Assembly: GCA_951406725.2 (NCBI GenBank)
Contig: OX597818.1
Span: 79,608,001 to 79,672,000 of the forward strand
Origin: Octopus vulgaris
Lineage: Eukaryota
Length of the DNA: 64,000 nt
Direction of reading: 5' to 3'
Below, piece after piece: positions 13,880 through 28,348 of the stretch; the stretch's first letter is position 1, and the number at the start of each line of letters is the position of its first letter. A program made the position numbers and the translations under genes. The notes under the pieces are model-generated. The model ran no database searches, was not told the DNA's origin, and worked only from the letters and a program-made list of their open reading frames with translations.

Positions 13880-14231
13880 CTTAGTCTTTCTATCCATATG
13901 GCCCCTGAGGATCCATATGAAATTTTGTGGTGGGTCTACCCAAGAAAATAGTAAATTGTGGATTCTTGATAGTTTTTTGAGGGCTCCTAAGACAATTTTG
14001 CTTTAGATGTTGGTGTTGGTATGTATTGCAAGAAACAGCTAGGTTTCTTTCTCTAAAATTTTACATAGTTCAACCTACACAAGTTACATGTGTGAGAAAC
14101 AAAATAGGAATTTTGAAAGACGTCTCTATAAAACTAGTTTTTAAACATCGACTGGCTAGGGGTGGGTACCAGAATAAAATAGTAATCAAAGGTGTCCTTA
14201 GATAAAAAAAGAAATGGTTGAGAAACCCTTG
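13880..14231. mobile_element. Possible decayed hAT-type MITE
   Basis: The right end ggttgagaaacccttg resembles CAGGG(G/T)TTCTCAACC-type hAT TIRs. The left TIR and TSD are not clear. Confidence 0.3.
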
Positions 14232-14244
14232 TGTACAGCATACT

Positions 14245-14590
14245 TGATTGATAAAGCTTAGTAAAACCAAAACATATTTCTTGTTTTCACCAATTGGTTT
14301 CAAATTCCAGATCAGCTCCAATCTGTATTGTCTGTGTTATCAAAATATTTCAATCAACTGACCGTAAAAGAATTATCTGCATTATTTATGATATTGGTTT
14401 TAGATTTTAAATAACCCGTTAGAGGGAGATTTCGTCTGCAAATTGCTTGGATATTCTCACGCGACATTATCCAAGTAATGGAGTAATCACGACTCATTAT
14501 ATTATACATTTGAGAGCCAAGAATATTTCTTTTGTTGAACAGTTTATGTTTTGTTGTTTGAAACTCATACATTCTAACTAACATATATTA
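14245..14590 (-). mobile_element. Possible decayed PLE GIY-YIG endonuclease remnant
   Basis: DYSITWIMSRENIQAICRRNL and RQYRLELIWNLKPIGEN loosely fit the IY.I.C..C...Y.G and R...E..WI..L...P.G.N motifs. Confidence 0.3.
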
Positions 14591-15196
14591 AAATGTATCC
14601 TTGCGCTTGTTTACTTGTCCTTTTCTTTCCATTTGCAATGCTAGAATGTATAAAATCCAGCCAGCCCTCTCCAAACTTCACAGCTGAATTTCGGTTTTGT
14701 CAAGGGGAAACGTAAAAAAACAAAATACAAGCTAGAAATTGATGACTTTTTAAAAGAATATTTTGACAAGTCTTTTTTCTTTTCTAATGTTTCTTTTTCT
14801 TGTTTTCCTTTTCACGAGGCGGTTAAGTCTTTTTTTTTAATATTTTTGTAAGGAAATACTCTACATGTTGTGTTTTACAAATAATGTCAAGATACATTTG
14901 GATTTTAATTATCTCTCTTCATGTTTTCGTTGCTCTTTCACTTCCTCTTTGCTTAAATATGACGGACATGTGGTATAAATAGACAAAACCGACAGTCATT
15001 GTTTTTTACGAATTCCGATTGAAGACATAGTCAAAACAACTATTTTACAAACAACCACACCAAATCTGTTCCCATAGCCCTCATCTCCACAATACCAACA
15101 GCAACATCACCACCACCACCACTGTCATCATTACCATAGTCATCCATCTTTTCTTTTGCCATATTTATTTTTATTATTATTATCTTTATTATTATT

Positions 15197-15231
<35 letters not shown>

Positions 15232-15438
15232 TGAGTCGCCGAGCTGGTAGAATCGTTAGCATTCCGAGAAAAATGCTTAGCGGCATTTCGTCCGTCTTTG
15301 CATTCTGAGTTCAAATTCCGCCGAGGTTGACTTTGCCTTTCGGAGTTGATGAAATAAGTACTAGTTGCGTACTGGCGTCGATCTAATCTACTGGCCTCCT
15401 CCCACAAAATTTCAGGCCCTGTGCCTATAGTAGAAAGG

Positions 15439-15477
<39 letters not shown>

Positions 15478-15715
15478 GAGTCGGCAAGCTGGCAAAATCG
15501 TTAGTACGTTAGGCAAAATACTTTGAAACAGTTCGTCCCTCAGTACGTACCGAGTTCAAATTCCACCGAAGTCGACTTTGCCTTTCATCCTCACGCGGTG
15601 GATAAATTAGGTACCAGTCAAGTACTGGGGTTGATGTGATCGATTGTCCCTCTCCCCACATAAATCCTGGCCTTGTGCCTATAGTAAAAAGGACTATTAC
15701 TATTATTATTATTAT

Positions 15716-15720
<5 letters not shown>
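15232..15720 (+). mobile_element. Two tandem family B SINEs joined by (TTA)n
   Basis: Two head/core units starting at about 15232 and 15477, each ending ..gtgcctatagta.aa.gga..(TTA)n. Confidence 0.8.
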
Positions 15721-15766
<46 letters not shown>

Positions 15767-16604
15767 CTGTGTTGGTGCTGGAGCAGGTGGTGATGGCAGC
15801 GAAAGTGGTGGCTGTGGTGATGGTGCTGGTAGTAGTAGTAGTATGTATGTATATATGGATGGATGGATGGATGTATGTAGGTAGGTAGGTGATAGGTGTG
15901 GTTGTATGTTGAATCTAAAACAATGTAATTTTAGATACGTGTGTGTGTGTGTGTGTGTGCGTTGTATATATGCATGTATGTATATGTTTATGTATGTATA
16001 TATATATATGAGAAAATGTGTATGTATATGTATGAGAGACAGAGAGAAGAAGGGAAAGAGAGTGAGAGAGTGTAGAAGTGAGATAAAAGGAAGCAGAGAT
16101 CTGATTCAGAATGGAAAGAATTCAAAATTGCTGGAGAAGGCGACAGTACAACCAATAGTTTTAGCTGTTATTGTCGTCGTCGACGTCGTCACCATTGTCG
16201 TCGATGCCGTCGTAATCGTTGTCGTCGTTGTTGTCATCACATTACTACAACGGGTTTTAGCTAAGGGAAGAAAAAACATCTTTTCTTTTTTTTTTTTACG
16301 AAGTTATGAGAATTGAAGCTCTTTTTGGCCCAGGAAATCATTGTGAAGGAGAGAGAAAACGTTTGCGATGCAAAGAATTGTGTTATTTAATATTACTGCA
16401 CTTTTAGATATATATATAATAGTACACAATACGTTTGTCATACACGAAATAACTAAGTGAAAATATTAGATAATGTGTTTTTCTCATGCCTTATACCTAA
16501 TTTTCCATTAAAATTAAATGGCTTTAACAGCTGTATAATTTTTAAAATGTCATTTTTTATTTACACTGGTCAGTAATAACATATTTAACAATATCCTACG
16601 AGCG

Positions 16605-16652
<48 letters not shown>

Positions 16653-16767
16653 TATTATATATATATATACTATATATATATATGTATATACATATAAATA
16701 CATATATATGTATATACATATAAATACATATATATATACATATATATATATGCATATATATATACAC

Positions 16768-16832
<65 letters not shown>

Positions 16833-16948
16833 TATATATATATATAAACAATTATATACATATATATATTTTAAATACCTATACATATATACTATTATAT
16901 ATAGACATATATATATATATATATACGTATCCTATTATATATATATAC

Positions 16949-17019
<71 letters not shown>

Positions 17020-17294
17020 TGTATGTGTATGTATGTATGTATGTATGTATGTATGTATGTATGTATGTATGTATGTATGTATTTATGTATGTATGTATGT
17101 ATTGGTAGTTAGTAAGGGATTTCTTGAAACGTATACCGGTTTGCTCACAGTTGGGTATTTAAAATAAGCTATTCAACGGTTAGTATATAAATCCAATAAT
17201 AATTCTCATGAGATAAGAATTCAGAGATATATTCCGTTGGATTATTCTAAATATATTACTTTAATCATATAGGTTTCTTGGCATACTTAATATC

Positions 17295-17332
<38 letters not shown>

Positions 17333-17418
17333 GTGTGTGTGCGTGTGTTTGTGTCTACATGTTTCACTCATTAGACTGCCGCTATGCTAGAGTACCGTCT
17401 TGCAGGGTTTAGTTGAAG

Positions 17419-17583
17419 TAGCATTAGCATTATCTTTAATTACCTTTTCAAATATACACGGATTCAAATAAACCTACACATGTTTCTATTGTATCAATTA
17501 GTAACCGTTGGAATAGAAACATGTGTAGGTCTATTTGAAGCTATATACATGTGAAAAGGAATTAAATATAATTCTAATACTAT
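17419..17583. repeat. Diverged inverted repeat carrying the 3' half of a hammerhead motif in each arm
   Basis: Core acctacacatgtttctatt / aatagaaacatgtgtaggt reads GAAA catgtg TA ggt. The arms extend to about 70 bp with mismatches. Confidence 0.75.
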
Positions 17584-17699
17584 TTCATAATAACCTTAAT
17601 TATTATTATTATTGATATATTTATATATATATATATATTCTTTTATACTCTTACATGTTTCCGCCCTAAGTTTGCGGCAATGCTGTCGTATTCTTTTAT

Positions 17700-18033
17700 T
17701 CTTTTACTTGTTTCAGTCATTTGGCTACGGCCGTGTGGGGGCACTGCCTTATAAGGGTTTTTAGTCGAAGAACTCGACCACAGGACATTCTTTGTAAGCA
17801 TAATGCTTATTTTATCGGTTTCTTTTGCCTAATCGCTAAGTTACGGGGACATAAACACACCAACATCGGTTGTCAAGCGATGGTGGAAGAACAAACTTAG
17901 ACACAAAGAAACACACGCATAAATATATACATATATATACGACGGGCTTCTTTCTGTTTCCGTCGGCTACATCCACTAAATCTCCAAAAAGGAAACATTA
18001 GAGATAGTCAAATTTAGCACGAACAAATTGTAT

Positions 18034-18084
<51 letters not shown>

Positions 18085-18330
18085 GTGTGTGTGTGGCTGA
18101 TTACTGTGTATTTATCTTTGTTTGTTCCCCGCCTCCACCTTCATAACAGTGTAAAATTGTTTTACGTGCTTGTAAATTAGCGGTTCGGCAAAAGATATCG
18201 ATATCTTTTGCCGAACCGGTAAATATATATCAGACTTGAAAAAAGTACCAGTATTGATTTGTTCAACTGAAGCTCTAAAATGCGGTGCTCCAGCATGTCT
18301 GCAGTCTTACGAATAGAAAGAGTAAAATAG
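17700..18330. mobile_element. Two partial family A SINEs (17700-17978 minus; 18100-18330 plus)
   Basis: Both match the family A body and 3' tail. Confidence 0.7.
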
Positions 18331-18723
18331 AAAAAAATTAAGAAACCAAAAATAAAAATAAAGACGCCATGAATTCAGCCCTACCCTGCGGCATTCTCAA
18401 TACTGAGCCCTATCCTTAAGTATTCGCTGTCTATTAGCTTCTAAAGAATGAGTAATGGCTAACATTGGCGTGCGATAATTTTTTTTTTTTTTTTTATGAC
18501 AGGAGGGAGTAATCTGACAAAGAATATTATTGATAGCACCATTAGGGTTGTGTAAAGGAGAAAAACAAAAGAAAACCGAGCGTTTTAGAATTCTCGCAAC
18601 TCAGTGCAGAATGCATGTCTTCTCACAGCTAATCTGTAATGATTCCCAAGTAGAAAAATTAATTGAAATATAGGAAGGAGGATCATTTAATACACGCACG
18701 TACAAACACACATATACATACGT

Positions 18724-18757
<34 letters not shown>

Positions 18758-19196
18758 CCACATATCAACAAACTTTGACACTCCTGTAAATTTTACTATA
18801 ATGGGTTATAACGGAGCCAGCGTATGTCCGTATAACTACCACTGCAGTTACGTTTGCTGGTGCAATATCTCAATGAGGTAATAGAAAGGCTCGCATTGGT
18901 TCAAATCTGCACCAACCTAACCAAGCTACGCGCGCGCGCACTCACACACACATTAACTCACTCATCCTTTCTTTTCACAACGTCTTGTAAATTTCCCATC
19001 CCAGCTCTTATGAATGTTTCAATAACGTGATCGGTACAGTAGGTCCTCTGTATTGATTGTAAACTGATCCTTTATATGACTTCGCTTGTTGCGAATGCAA
19101 GTTGAAACTTTCCATGTCCTAATAGGATACAAATGTACACGAGCACACGCACACACACACCCACACACACACATATAGCGTTAAGAAAATTTTCCG

Positions 19197-19359
19197 AGGC
19201 ACGGAAGTGGCTATGTGGTAAGAAGTTTGCTTCCCCACCACATTGGTTCTGGGTTCAGTCCCACTGCGTGGCACCTTCAGCAAGTGGTTTCTACTATATC
19301 CTGGGGCCCACCAAAACCTAGTGAGTGGATTTGATAGACGGAAACTGAAAGAAGCTCGT

Positions 19360-19361
<2 letters not shown>
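19197..19361 (+). mobile_element. Family A SINE 5' half ending at a (TA)n/(GA)n array
   Basis: A box tggctatgtgg, B box ggttcagtccc, and ...gacggaaactgaaagaagctcgtcg. Confidence 0.8.
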
Positions 19362-19428
<67 letters not shown>

Positions 19429-19800
19429 GGATAAGAGAAACTTTAGAAGGAGCAAATCCAGGCAACCAATAGAACTTCACAGCATAATTTTAAACACAGT
19501 CAAATAAATATACATATAGATTTATAAATCATTGAACAAAATTACATGTAAAAGTCGTATGTGAAAACTATGCATTATGTACGTTGGGTTCAGGTACCGA
19601 ATTGAGGAGTGACAAATAAAGAGATAAAAATTCGAGGTAAGGGCTTCCAAAAGGAACTGTTCGAAGCAATTAAGAATTTGAGGTTTACACGTAATGTCGG
19701 ATGATAGTTAAGAAATTTTAAAAATCAAAGGTAAATATGTAGATAAATAGGTAGATATAATAAATATATACAGATTCGGGTGAATTCGGGTGAAGGATAT

Positions 19801-19891
19801 CATCTACGGCCGTTTCAGGGTTACAATAAATGTATAAATAGCGTATTAAGTATTCCAAATACAGAAACATAATGCCCCCCTCATCAGGATG
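19801..19891 (-). ncRNA. Type I hammerhead ribozyme motif, intact core, directly 3' of a PLE RT remnant
   Basis: Minus strand: catc CTGATGA gggg...ccct GAAA cggccg TA gatg. Stem I is 4 bp and stem III is the palindrome CGGCCG. Confidence 0.85.
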
Positions 19892-19899
19892 GTTTCCTT

Positions 19900-20590
19900 C
19901 GTGATGAAATCCTACATGGTAATAATTTATCTAATATTTTTCTATAAAGGTATGCTTGTTCGCCGCCAGTGGGTAGCATCAACGAACATGACTCTCGGGT
20001 ATTTTTTGTTATCATACCATGAGTTGGCCTTATCTATCTTTTTTCTAGTCTTTTCTGTGCTGTTCCAGGATTTACTCCCGTATAGGGGGCAGATCCGCTT
20101 TGCATCACTCTCTATGATGGCTTTGTACTTAGCCCTGGATCTTTTGCGCACTCTAATCCTGTCCCTTTGGATGTAGCCAGAGAATTGCATGCGGTGGATG
20201 AAGTTCCATAGGGTCGCACATGTGAGACACATTCCTCATCACTCTCACCAAGTCAGCTATGAGAATATTGAACTTCGCGTTGTCCGCCATATTTGTGTTC
20301 TAGTGAACAAAGTATTTAGACGCCATGGGTTTGGCATAATAGAAATAAAGGATCTGGACTTAGTTGTCCTTGATTTCTATCTAGAATACAGTGTCTAAAA
20401 CTGGTAGCCTATAGCTAGGGTGCGTGTTAGGGTAGTATATCGTTACTTTGATACTCTGGTGGATGAAGTTAGCTATTTGCTGGATGCTCTCCATAGTGGT
20501 AGCATCTAGATCATCAACATTGTCTTGTAGGGGTGCTTTAGCTACTATGTTGTTATCATCCACATAGCGGGATTATAGGATTAAGATTAT
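19900..20590 (-). pseudogene. Penelope-like reverse transcriptase remnant
   Basis: RYVDDNNI (RT catalytic motif, about 20570), D..TMESIQQIANFIHQSIKVT..YPNTH...LPVLD, YYAKPMASK, and FIHRMQFSGY...PLYGSKSW...W...YPRVMFVDAT, spread over broken frames. Confidence 0.8.
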
Positions 20591-20795
20591 GGAGTTCATT
20601 GCTAATTTCTCTTTGAGTCTCCTATCCGGACATTGGACATAAGTTAGAATAAGAACAGTAATAATCTAGTGAAGAACGAATATATAGTGCGTTTGATCAT
20701 TAACACGGCCATCCCGAAATACAACAATATCTATTTCAGCACACGACTTCACATCAGGAATCTTGCAACATAAATTCAAAAACATGTGTGTGTAC

Positions 20796-20831
<36 letters not shown>

Positions 20832-20835
<4 letters not shown>

Positions 20836-21045
20836 ACAAAGGGTAAAATTAATTAATTAAGAAGTAATCAATAATTTCACAAAGTAGAATTCGGCATGAA
20901 AAAGGACCATTTCACGGTAAACTTAAGTAATACTTTATAATTAGGGTCCAGCAAAGATTTGCTTTAAGGTTTTTTGGCTGCTATTTCTAAACTTCGGTAT
21001 GTGGTAAAGCAAATCTTTGCTGAACCCTAATTATAAAGTATTACT
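20832..21045. mobile_element. Short (TA)n-embedded element, family E, with 41-bp inverted repeat (20926-20966 / 21005-21045)
   Basis: Shares gggtaaaattaattaatta...ggaccattt and gct.ctatttctaa...gtatgtgg.aaag with 27484-28181. Confidence 0.75.
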
Positions 21046-21971
21046 ATATATATATATATATGTATATATATAATATATATATATATATGTATATATATGC
21101 ATGTATGTACGTATTATCTATATATTTTGTATTTGAGGAGGTATTTAACATATTCACCTCTCAAATTCACACAGTTATTGGAGCGATCCTTCTTTTTTTT
21201 TTCTAAACTCTGTAAAAGAACTAGGAAGGTTGGGCCTCGAGCCAGGCCTTTCCCAATACCCTTAAAGCCAGGAACATTTCAGCACCCCCACCCCCACCCC
21301 CACCCTGTATCTATACACACAAGCACACACAGACACATACACGCACACACGCACGCGCGCGGCTCTGAAGAAGATATACTAAGGAGGCGGTTCCTTATAT
21401 TTTCAGTCAATCAATCGATCGATTAATAGGACTTAACCATGAACCCACCCATCGCTAATCCTCTGATAAATAGATGAATACAACCCACTATAACTGTCTC
21501 TTTTCTACATCACTCTGGGAACAGCATAACATCTTAACTTGATAATGGAACCATATAGGTTTATAAATTCGACTAGTCACAGACTTTGATTCCGGATTAC
21601 CCAGAGTACAATACCAATCACAGTTTTGGGGTTTTTTTGTTGTTGTTGTTGTTTTTGCTAGCTTGGTGTTTCTGTATCTACATTTGACGTATTAATATGA
21701 TGCGACGCGCTATTTGAGAACCACAGTAGGTGATAAAAAAATTCCAGAATCTGAACTTATCACAGCACAGCAGTTCCCTCCAAATACATTTTTCTTTTTG
21801 TTTATGCTTATTTTTTTTACTAAGGATAAGGCCGGTTCAAATCGATATTTAGATGAATTATAGGTCGAGAGTTCATCTAAGTCTTAGATGAGCTCTCAAT
21901 ATCGAGAGTTAGTTATCTAGTCATTTTATTTACAAACCACTATCTTTTCCTATAATATATATTTCTAACTG

Positions 21972-22476
21972 TGGAGGCACAATGGCCCAGTGGTTAGGGC
22001 AGCGGACTTGCGGTCGTAAGATCGCGGTTTCGATTCCCAGACCGGGCATTCTGAGTGTTTATTGAGCGAAAACACCTAAAGTTCCACAAAGTTCCGGCAG
22101 GGCGGGGTGAACTCTGCTGTACTCTTTCACCACAATTTTTTCTCACTCTTTCTTCCTGTTTCTGTTGTACATGTATTTCAAAGGGCTAGCCTTGTCACAC
22201 TCTGTGTCACGCTGAATCTTCCCGAGAATGACGTTAAGGGTACACATGTCTGTGGAGTGCTCAACCACTTGCACGTTAATAAATGAACTGCGACGTCACT
22301 GGTGCCAAGCTATATAGGCCTTTGCCTTTCTCTTGGATAATATCGGTGGCATAGAGATGGGAGGCTGGTATGCATGGGCGACTGCTGGTCTTCCATAAAC
22401 CACCTTGTTCGGATTTGTGCCTCGGAGGGTAACTTTCAACGTGCAATCCCATGATCATTTATGACCGAAAGGGGTC
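21972..22476 (+). mobile_element. tRNA-derived SINE family C
   Basis: A box tggcccagtgg and B box gtttcgattccc. The body is shared with 39481-39852. Confidence 0.85.
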
Positions 22477-22656
22477 ACACTATTTCTAACTATGCCTCAG
22501 AAGCCATCCTTTTCTTTTTATTTAACAGATTGTTATCTGTTTAATCAATTCCCGTACCTGGTGGTATTTATTCTATTGGTCTCAGAATAAAGAAAGAAAA
22601 TCAGGCCATCAATAGATGTAGTGCATATAAATAACTGAGAGTTATTTACTTATGTG

Positions 22657-22962
22657 TAGAGGCACATGGCCTAGTGATTAGAGCAGCGAACTTGCGGTCG
22701 AGGGATCGCGTGTTTGAATCTCAGACCGGGCGATGTGTGTGCTTATGAGCGAAACACCTAAGTTCCACGCGGCTCCGGAAGAATGTAATGTCGAACTTCT
22801 GCTGACTCTTTCACCACAACTTTCTCTCACTCTTTCCTCCTGCATCTTGTAGCTCACCTGCGACGGACCGGCGTCTCGTCTAGGTGGGGAACCTATACGC
22901 CGAGAAAACCGGGAAACCGGCCCTATGAGCCAGGCATGGCTTGAGAAGGAACAAACAACAAC
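22657..22962 (+). mobile_element. Family C SINE with a different 3' tail ending in (AAC)n
   Basis: Same head and body as 21972; the 3' portion diverges and ends gaaggaacaaacaacaac. Confidence 0.75.
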
Positions 22963-24199
22963 ATTTACTTATGTACTTTACCATCTTTATCCTGGTTTAC
23001 CTTTAAAATTTCTTATTTAGGTACAAATCCAGCAGTTTTGAAGGGAGTGGGCTTAGTCCTTATTATTGACTTTAGTTTTCTTTATTGGTGATTATGATAC
23101 TATATTTTCTCGACTCTCGAAGGGATGAAAGGCAAATCTGACTTTGACAGAATTTGAAGACAGAACGTAAAGGGCCGGTAAAAATGCCGCTAAGAATTTT
23201 GTCCAACGCTCTATAGATTTTACCAGGTGGCCAACTTGATAACAATAATAATCCTTTCTGCTAGATGCATAGGGGTTTGATGGGGTTGCTTTAGTCGGTC
23301 CGAAGATATAGTAGAAGAAACTTGTTCAAGGTGCCGTGCAGTGGGACTGAACCCAAGCCCACATGGTCGGGATGAAAACTCCATAACCACACAGCCACGC
23401 CTAATAGTTGATGTACTTCTTTTTGAATTTTGACACAAAATTAGTTGACTGCACCCTATATTTATCGATGGTTAAAGCAAAGGTTAACTGTAGTGCGTAG
23501 GTAGGGTGGCATTACTGTCACATTTTTGTGTTAACTTTGGAGAAAAGAAAAATAAAACAAACTCCACTAAACCGCTAGTGTAGCTAAAAACGAACTGAAC
23601 TGCCCACAAGGGGAGGAGAAATTACATCTACGTATGAAAAGGAAAGGCGAATCTCATGGATAATAGATAACACACAACAAAAGGGATAAAAAGACGGCTA
23701 AACTGAAGATAAAGACACACATCTTAATGATTCCCACGCACCCCCTCGCCATATTGCCGTGAACAAGGTCCTGAATTAACGAGTTGACGCTGGAAACAAG
23801 TCAAAGAAAGTTGAGGTTTTATAATATTCAAATACGTCCGGAGTAACTCAACCAACCTCAAGCTACGTTGTTATTGCTGATGTCTGGTGACGGGAGCTAC
23901 AATTTAATGGGTAGGATGATGACGATGGTGGGGGGTGTCAAATTAGGGTGTAACAATAGTTCTTTCAAAGGTGACAGTAGCCGCTTTTATAAATAAATAA
24001 TGCAGGACCATCGATGTTGTTCTTGTTGTTGTTGATAATAATATTGATGGAACTATTTTCATGAAAACAACTAGTACTACTACTATTGCTGCTGCTACTA
24101 CAATAACTACCACAATTGCTGCTATTATATATATATTCAAATGGTTGATGTTTACATATCTATGTGTGTGTCTGTGTGTGTGTGTGTGTGTGTGTGCTT

Positions 24200-24420
24200 T
24201 ATCTTTTACTTGTTTCGGTCATGAGACTGCGGCCATGCTGGGGCACAGCCTTGAAGAATTTATAGTCGAATGTATCGACCACAGTACTTTTTTAAAGCCT
24301 GGTACTTATTCTATCGATATCTTTTGCCGAGCCGCTAAGTTATGGGGACATAAACACTCCAACACCGGTTGTCAGACGGTGGAGTGGGGCGGGAGAAGCA
24401 AACAGACACACACACACATA
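24200..24420 (-). mobile_element. Family A SINE 3' half
   Basis: Matches the family A tail and core. Confidence 0.75.
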
Positions 24421-24674
24421 TATATATAAGATGGAACCTTGTATCTTTGTTGGAAACCGACTCACTCCTCAGTGGAAGATTTATAATAATCAAATAGAAG
24501 AGCCATACATACATACAAACAAAAATACTTTCTTGTTGATGTTGAAATTCCAATGAAGGAGCTTTGGATCTATGTCAGAAACCGGCTCTTTCTCTATTGG
24601 CAAGAAAGTTTGAAATAAAACTGAACAATGACGTACATACATACATACACAAGTGCCGTCCTTTATGTGTTGAA

Positions 24675-25068
24675 CGATTGGTCAAAAGAATATTTGTGGA
24701 ACTTGAAAATTAAAACAGCTACCAAGTTAAAAGACAAACGGCCAGATATTGTGTGGGACCACAAAGGAAAGATAAGTTCTGTTATGAAAATCACCTGCCC
24801 TCTGAACACTAGCGTTGTTAGAAAAATACAAGAATATATCTATGGGTTATTGATAAGGAATTTGCAAATCCAGTACCCAAGACACACTTTCAGCTTCATA
24901 CCTATTATTATTGGAGCAACAGAATACATATTAACCCGTCTGGAACAAAATATGGCTGAACTTGGGATCTTGCGGAGACAATGCAAATCCTTAATTCATA
25001 CTCTTCGAGTGAACATGATATCTGGGACTATAAAATTCTGCAATACCTTCTTAAAATTTAAAGGATGA
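24675..25068 (+). pseudogene. C-terminal restriction-like endonuclease (REL) domain remnant of an R2/R4-superfamily non-LTR retrotransposon
   Basis: LWNLKIKTATKLKDKRPDIVWD...KITCPLNTSVVRK...YGLLIRNLQIQYP...IPIIIGA fits the RPD...(E)ITCP...K...Y REL motif. The element is 5' truncated. Confidence 0.75.
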
Positions 25069-26612
25069 ACAAAACAGGATTCTTTCCTTTACAACTTCGC
25101 TACCAAATAGGTGGCTGGTCAAAATATATTCTAAATTAAGCAGAAAAAAAGAACACACACACATACACACGTAGGTACGCACGCATACATACATACGCAC
25201 ACAGACATATACACATGCACGCACACACATACGCACATACATACATACATACATACATACATACATACATACATACATACATACATACATACATAAATGC
25301 ATGCTGTTAAACTCTATTAAATAACTCGTTTGTATTTCATTGACCTCAGTTACACAAAAACAAGGTTGTCATCGACATTATTTGAAGACGAAGTATAAGA
25401 TAATTTAGTTCAAAGCTGTACTGTTTCGCTAAATTCCCTTTCTATATCAGGCCGGTTAACCATCACTCGCAAACGAGCATAACCTGGTCACCACGCTTTC
25501 GTTGATTGTTTTAGAAGCCTGTAAAGTCGCAAACAGACATAGACATATTTTCTGCCCTAATGCCCTTGACGCAGCGGAACATCAATGATGTGTGAGATTA
25601 AAGGGGAGAGAGCTGCACCAATAACACAGCTGGTATTCATTTTCAGCTGAAAAAAAGGGGAAAACGTAACATGAAAAAGCCTCGTTCAAGGATACAATGA
25701 AACATCTGGCCCAGGAATCGAACTCATGACTTTAAGAGCGTAAGTTCTATACCAATAGCACAAACTACGCACCTTCATATAGAGTAAGATGAGAGATATT
25801 TTTTATTACTACTGGTATTATTTAATTGACACCTGAGTAATCAAAAGCAGGTATAACAATCATTCGGCGAGCAATGACTTTCGATCTTACATTGCACTTT
25901 GCCATTGCATCTCATTTTCAGAGTGTACATAGTTGGGGATTAAATAAATATTATTAAATAAATAAATATTAGATAAAGATGAGTCTTTTAGTATTTTTGG
26001 TAAGGTATTTCGTGCTTATTACGTTATATATAATAATATTAACTCAACTAGTTTTTTTGTCATGTGATAGCCACTCTGGTTAATCTTCTGTGTTTGTAGT
26101 TTTTTAATATCTAATTTCTCATATATTCGTGTACTATATTACCTGTTCAGAAACTCTCTCATCACATCTATGCCCCGCTGTGGAGGTCTAATGAGTAATA
26201 CATCTGAAACAGATCGAGGATTATCTTCGGGTTTTTTTTTTCTAAAGGAAATATATCAACATTGACACAAGGCATTGATCGCATACTATCTTTTTCTCGT
26301 CGCATCGATATTTCTAATTAGACACTGTCCATAACATTAAACTGCACACCCACTAACTTAAATTTGATAAGTGTCAAATTAATTTATCGTTTTCTCCACA
26401 TAGTATTTTACTTTAAAAGATTCAACAATAACATTTTAAAATTTACAAATGAATTTAGTAGTTCAGCTGTCTGATATTCTAAAAACGGAGCGTCAGCGAG
26501 ATGTCTTGTAGTATCTGAACTAGATATATCCACTTAGCAATATACACCTAGCAATTCAAAGTTTGCCCACTGTTAAATTTATTTTCTCAATCGTGGGACC
26601 ACCACAGATGAG

Positions 26613-26723
<111 letters not shown>

Positions 26724-26886
26724 AATATATATGCATGTATAAATAATTATATATATATATATATATGTATAAATATATATATCGCAATTTGACTTGTTTA
26801 TATATATATATATATATATATGTATAAATATATATATATATATATGTATAAATATATATATATATATATAAATATATATGATTGAT

Positions 26887-27278
<392 letters not shown>

Positions 27279-27294
27279 GTATAAATATATATAT

Positions 27295-28260
<966 letters not shown>

Positions 28261-28313
28261 AAATTAAAAAAGGAAAATACGCACACTTACATGGTTTTAA
28301 TATAATATTTTAT

Positions 28314-28348
28314 ATATCGACCGGTTTCGCTATCGCTATTCATGATAT
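28314..28348 (-). ncRNA. Minimal type I hammerhead-like motif with A3-U8 core variant
   Basis: Minus strand: atatc ATGAATA gc gata gc GAAA ccgg TC gatat. Stem I is 5 bp, stem II is 2 bp, stem III is the palindrome CCGG and the triplet is GUC. Confidence 0.7.

Noticed and set aside
14974-15000. TATAAATA followed by TCATT (core promoter-like)
   Set aside because: The spacing is short, there is no downstream gene evidence, and such words are frequent in AT-rich DNA.
21972-22045. tRNA-like sequences at SINE heads (also 12780-12850, 48622-48690)
   Set aside because: A and B boxes are present, but there is no proper acceptor stem and they run into SINE bodies. They are not tRNA genes.
26187-26216. 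CTAATGA...GAAA cagatc motif
   Set aside because: The core is mutated, there is no UH site and the stems are unpaired.
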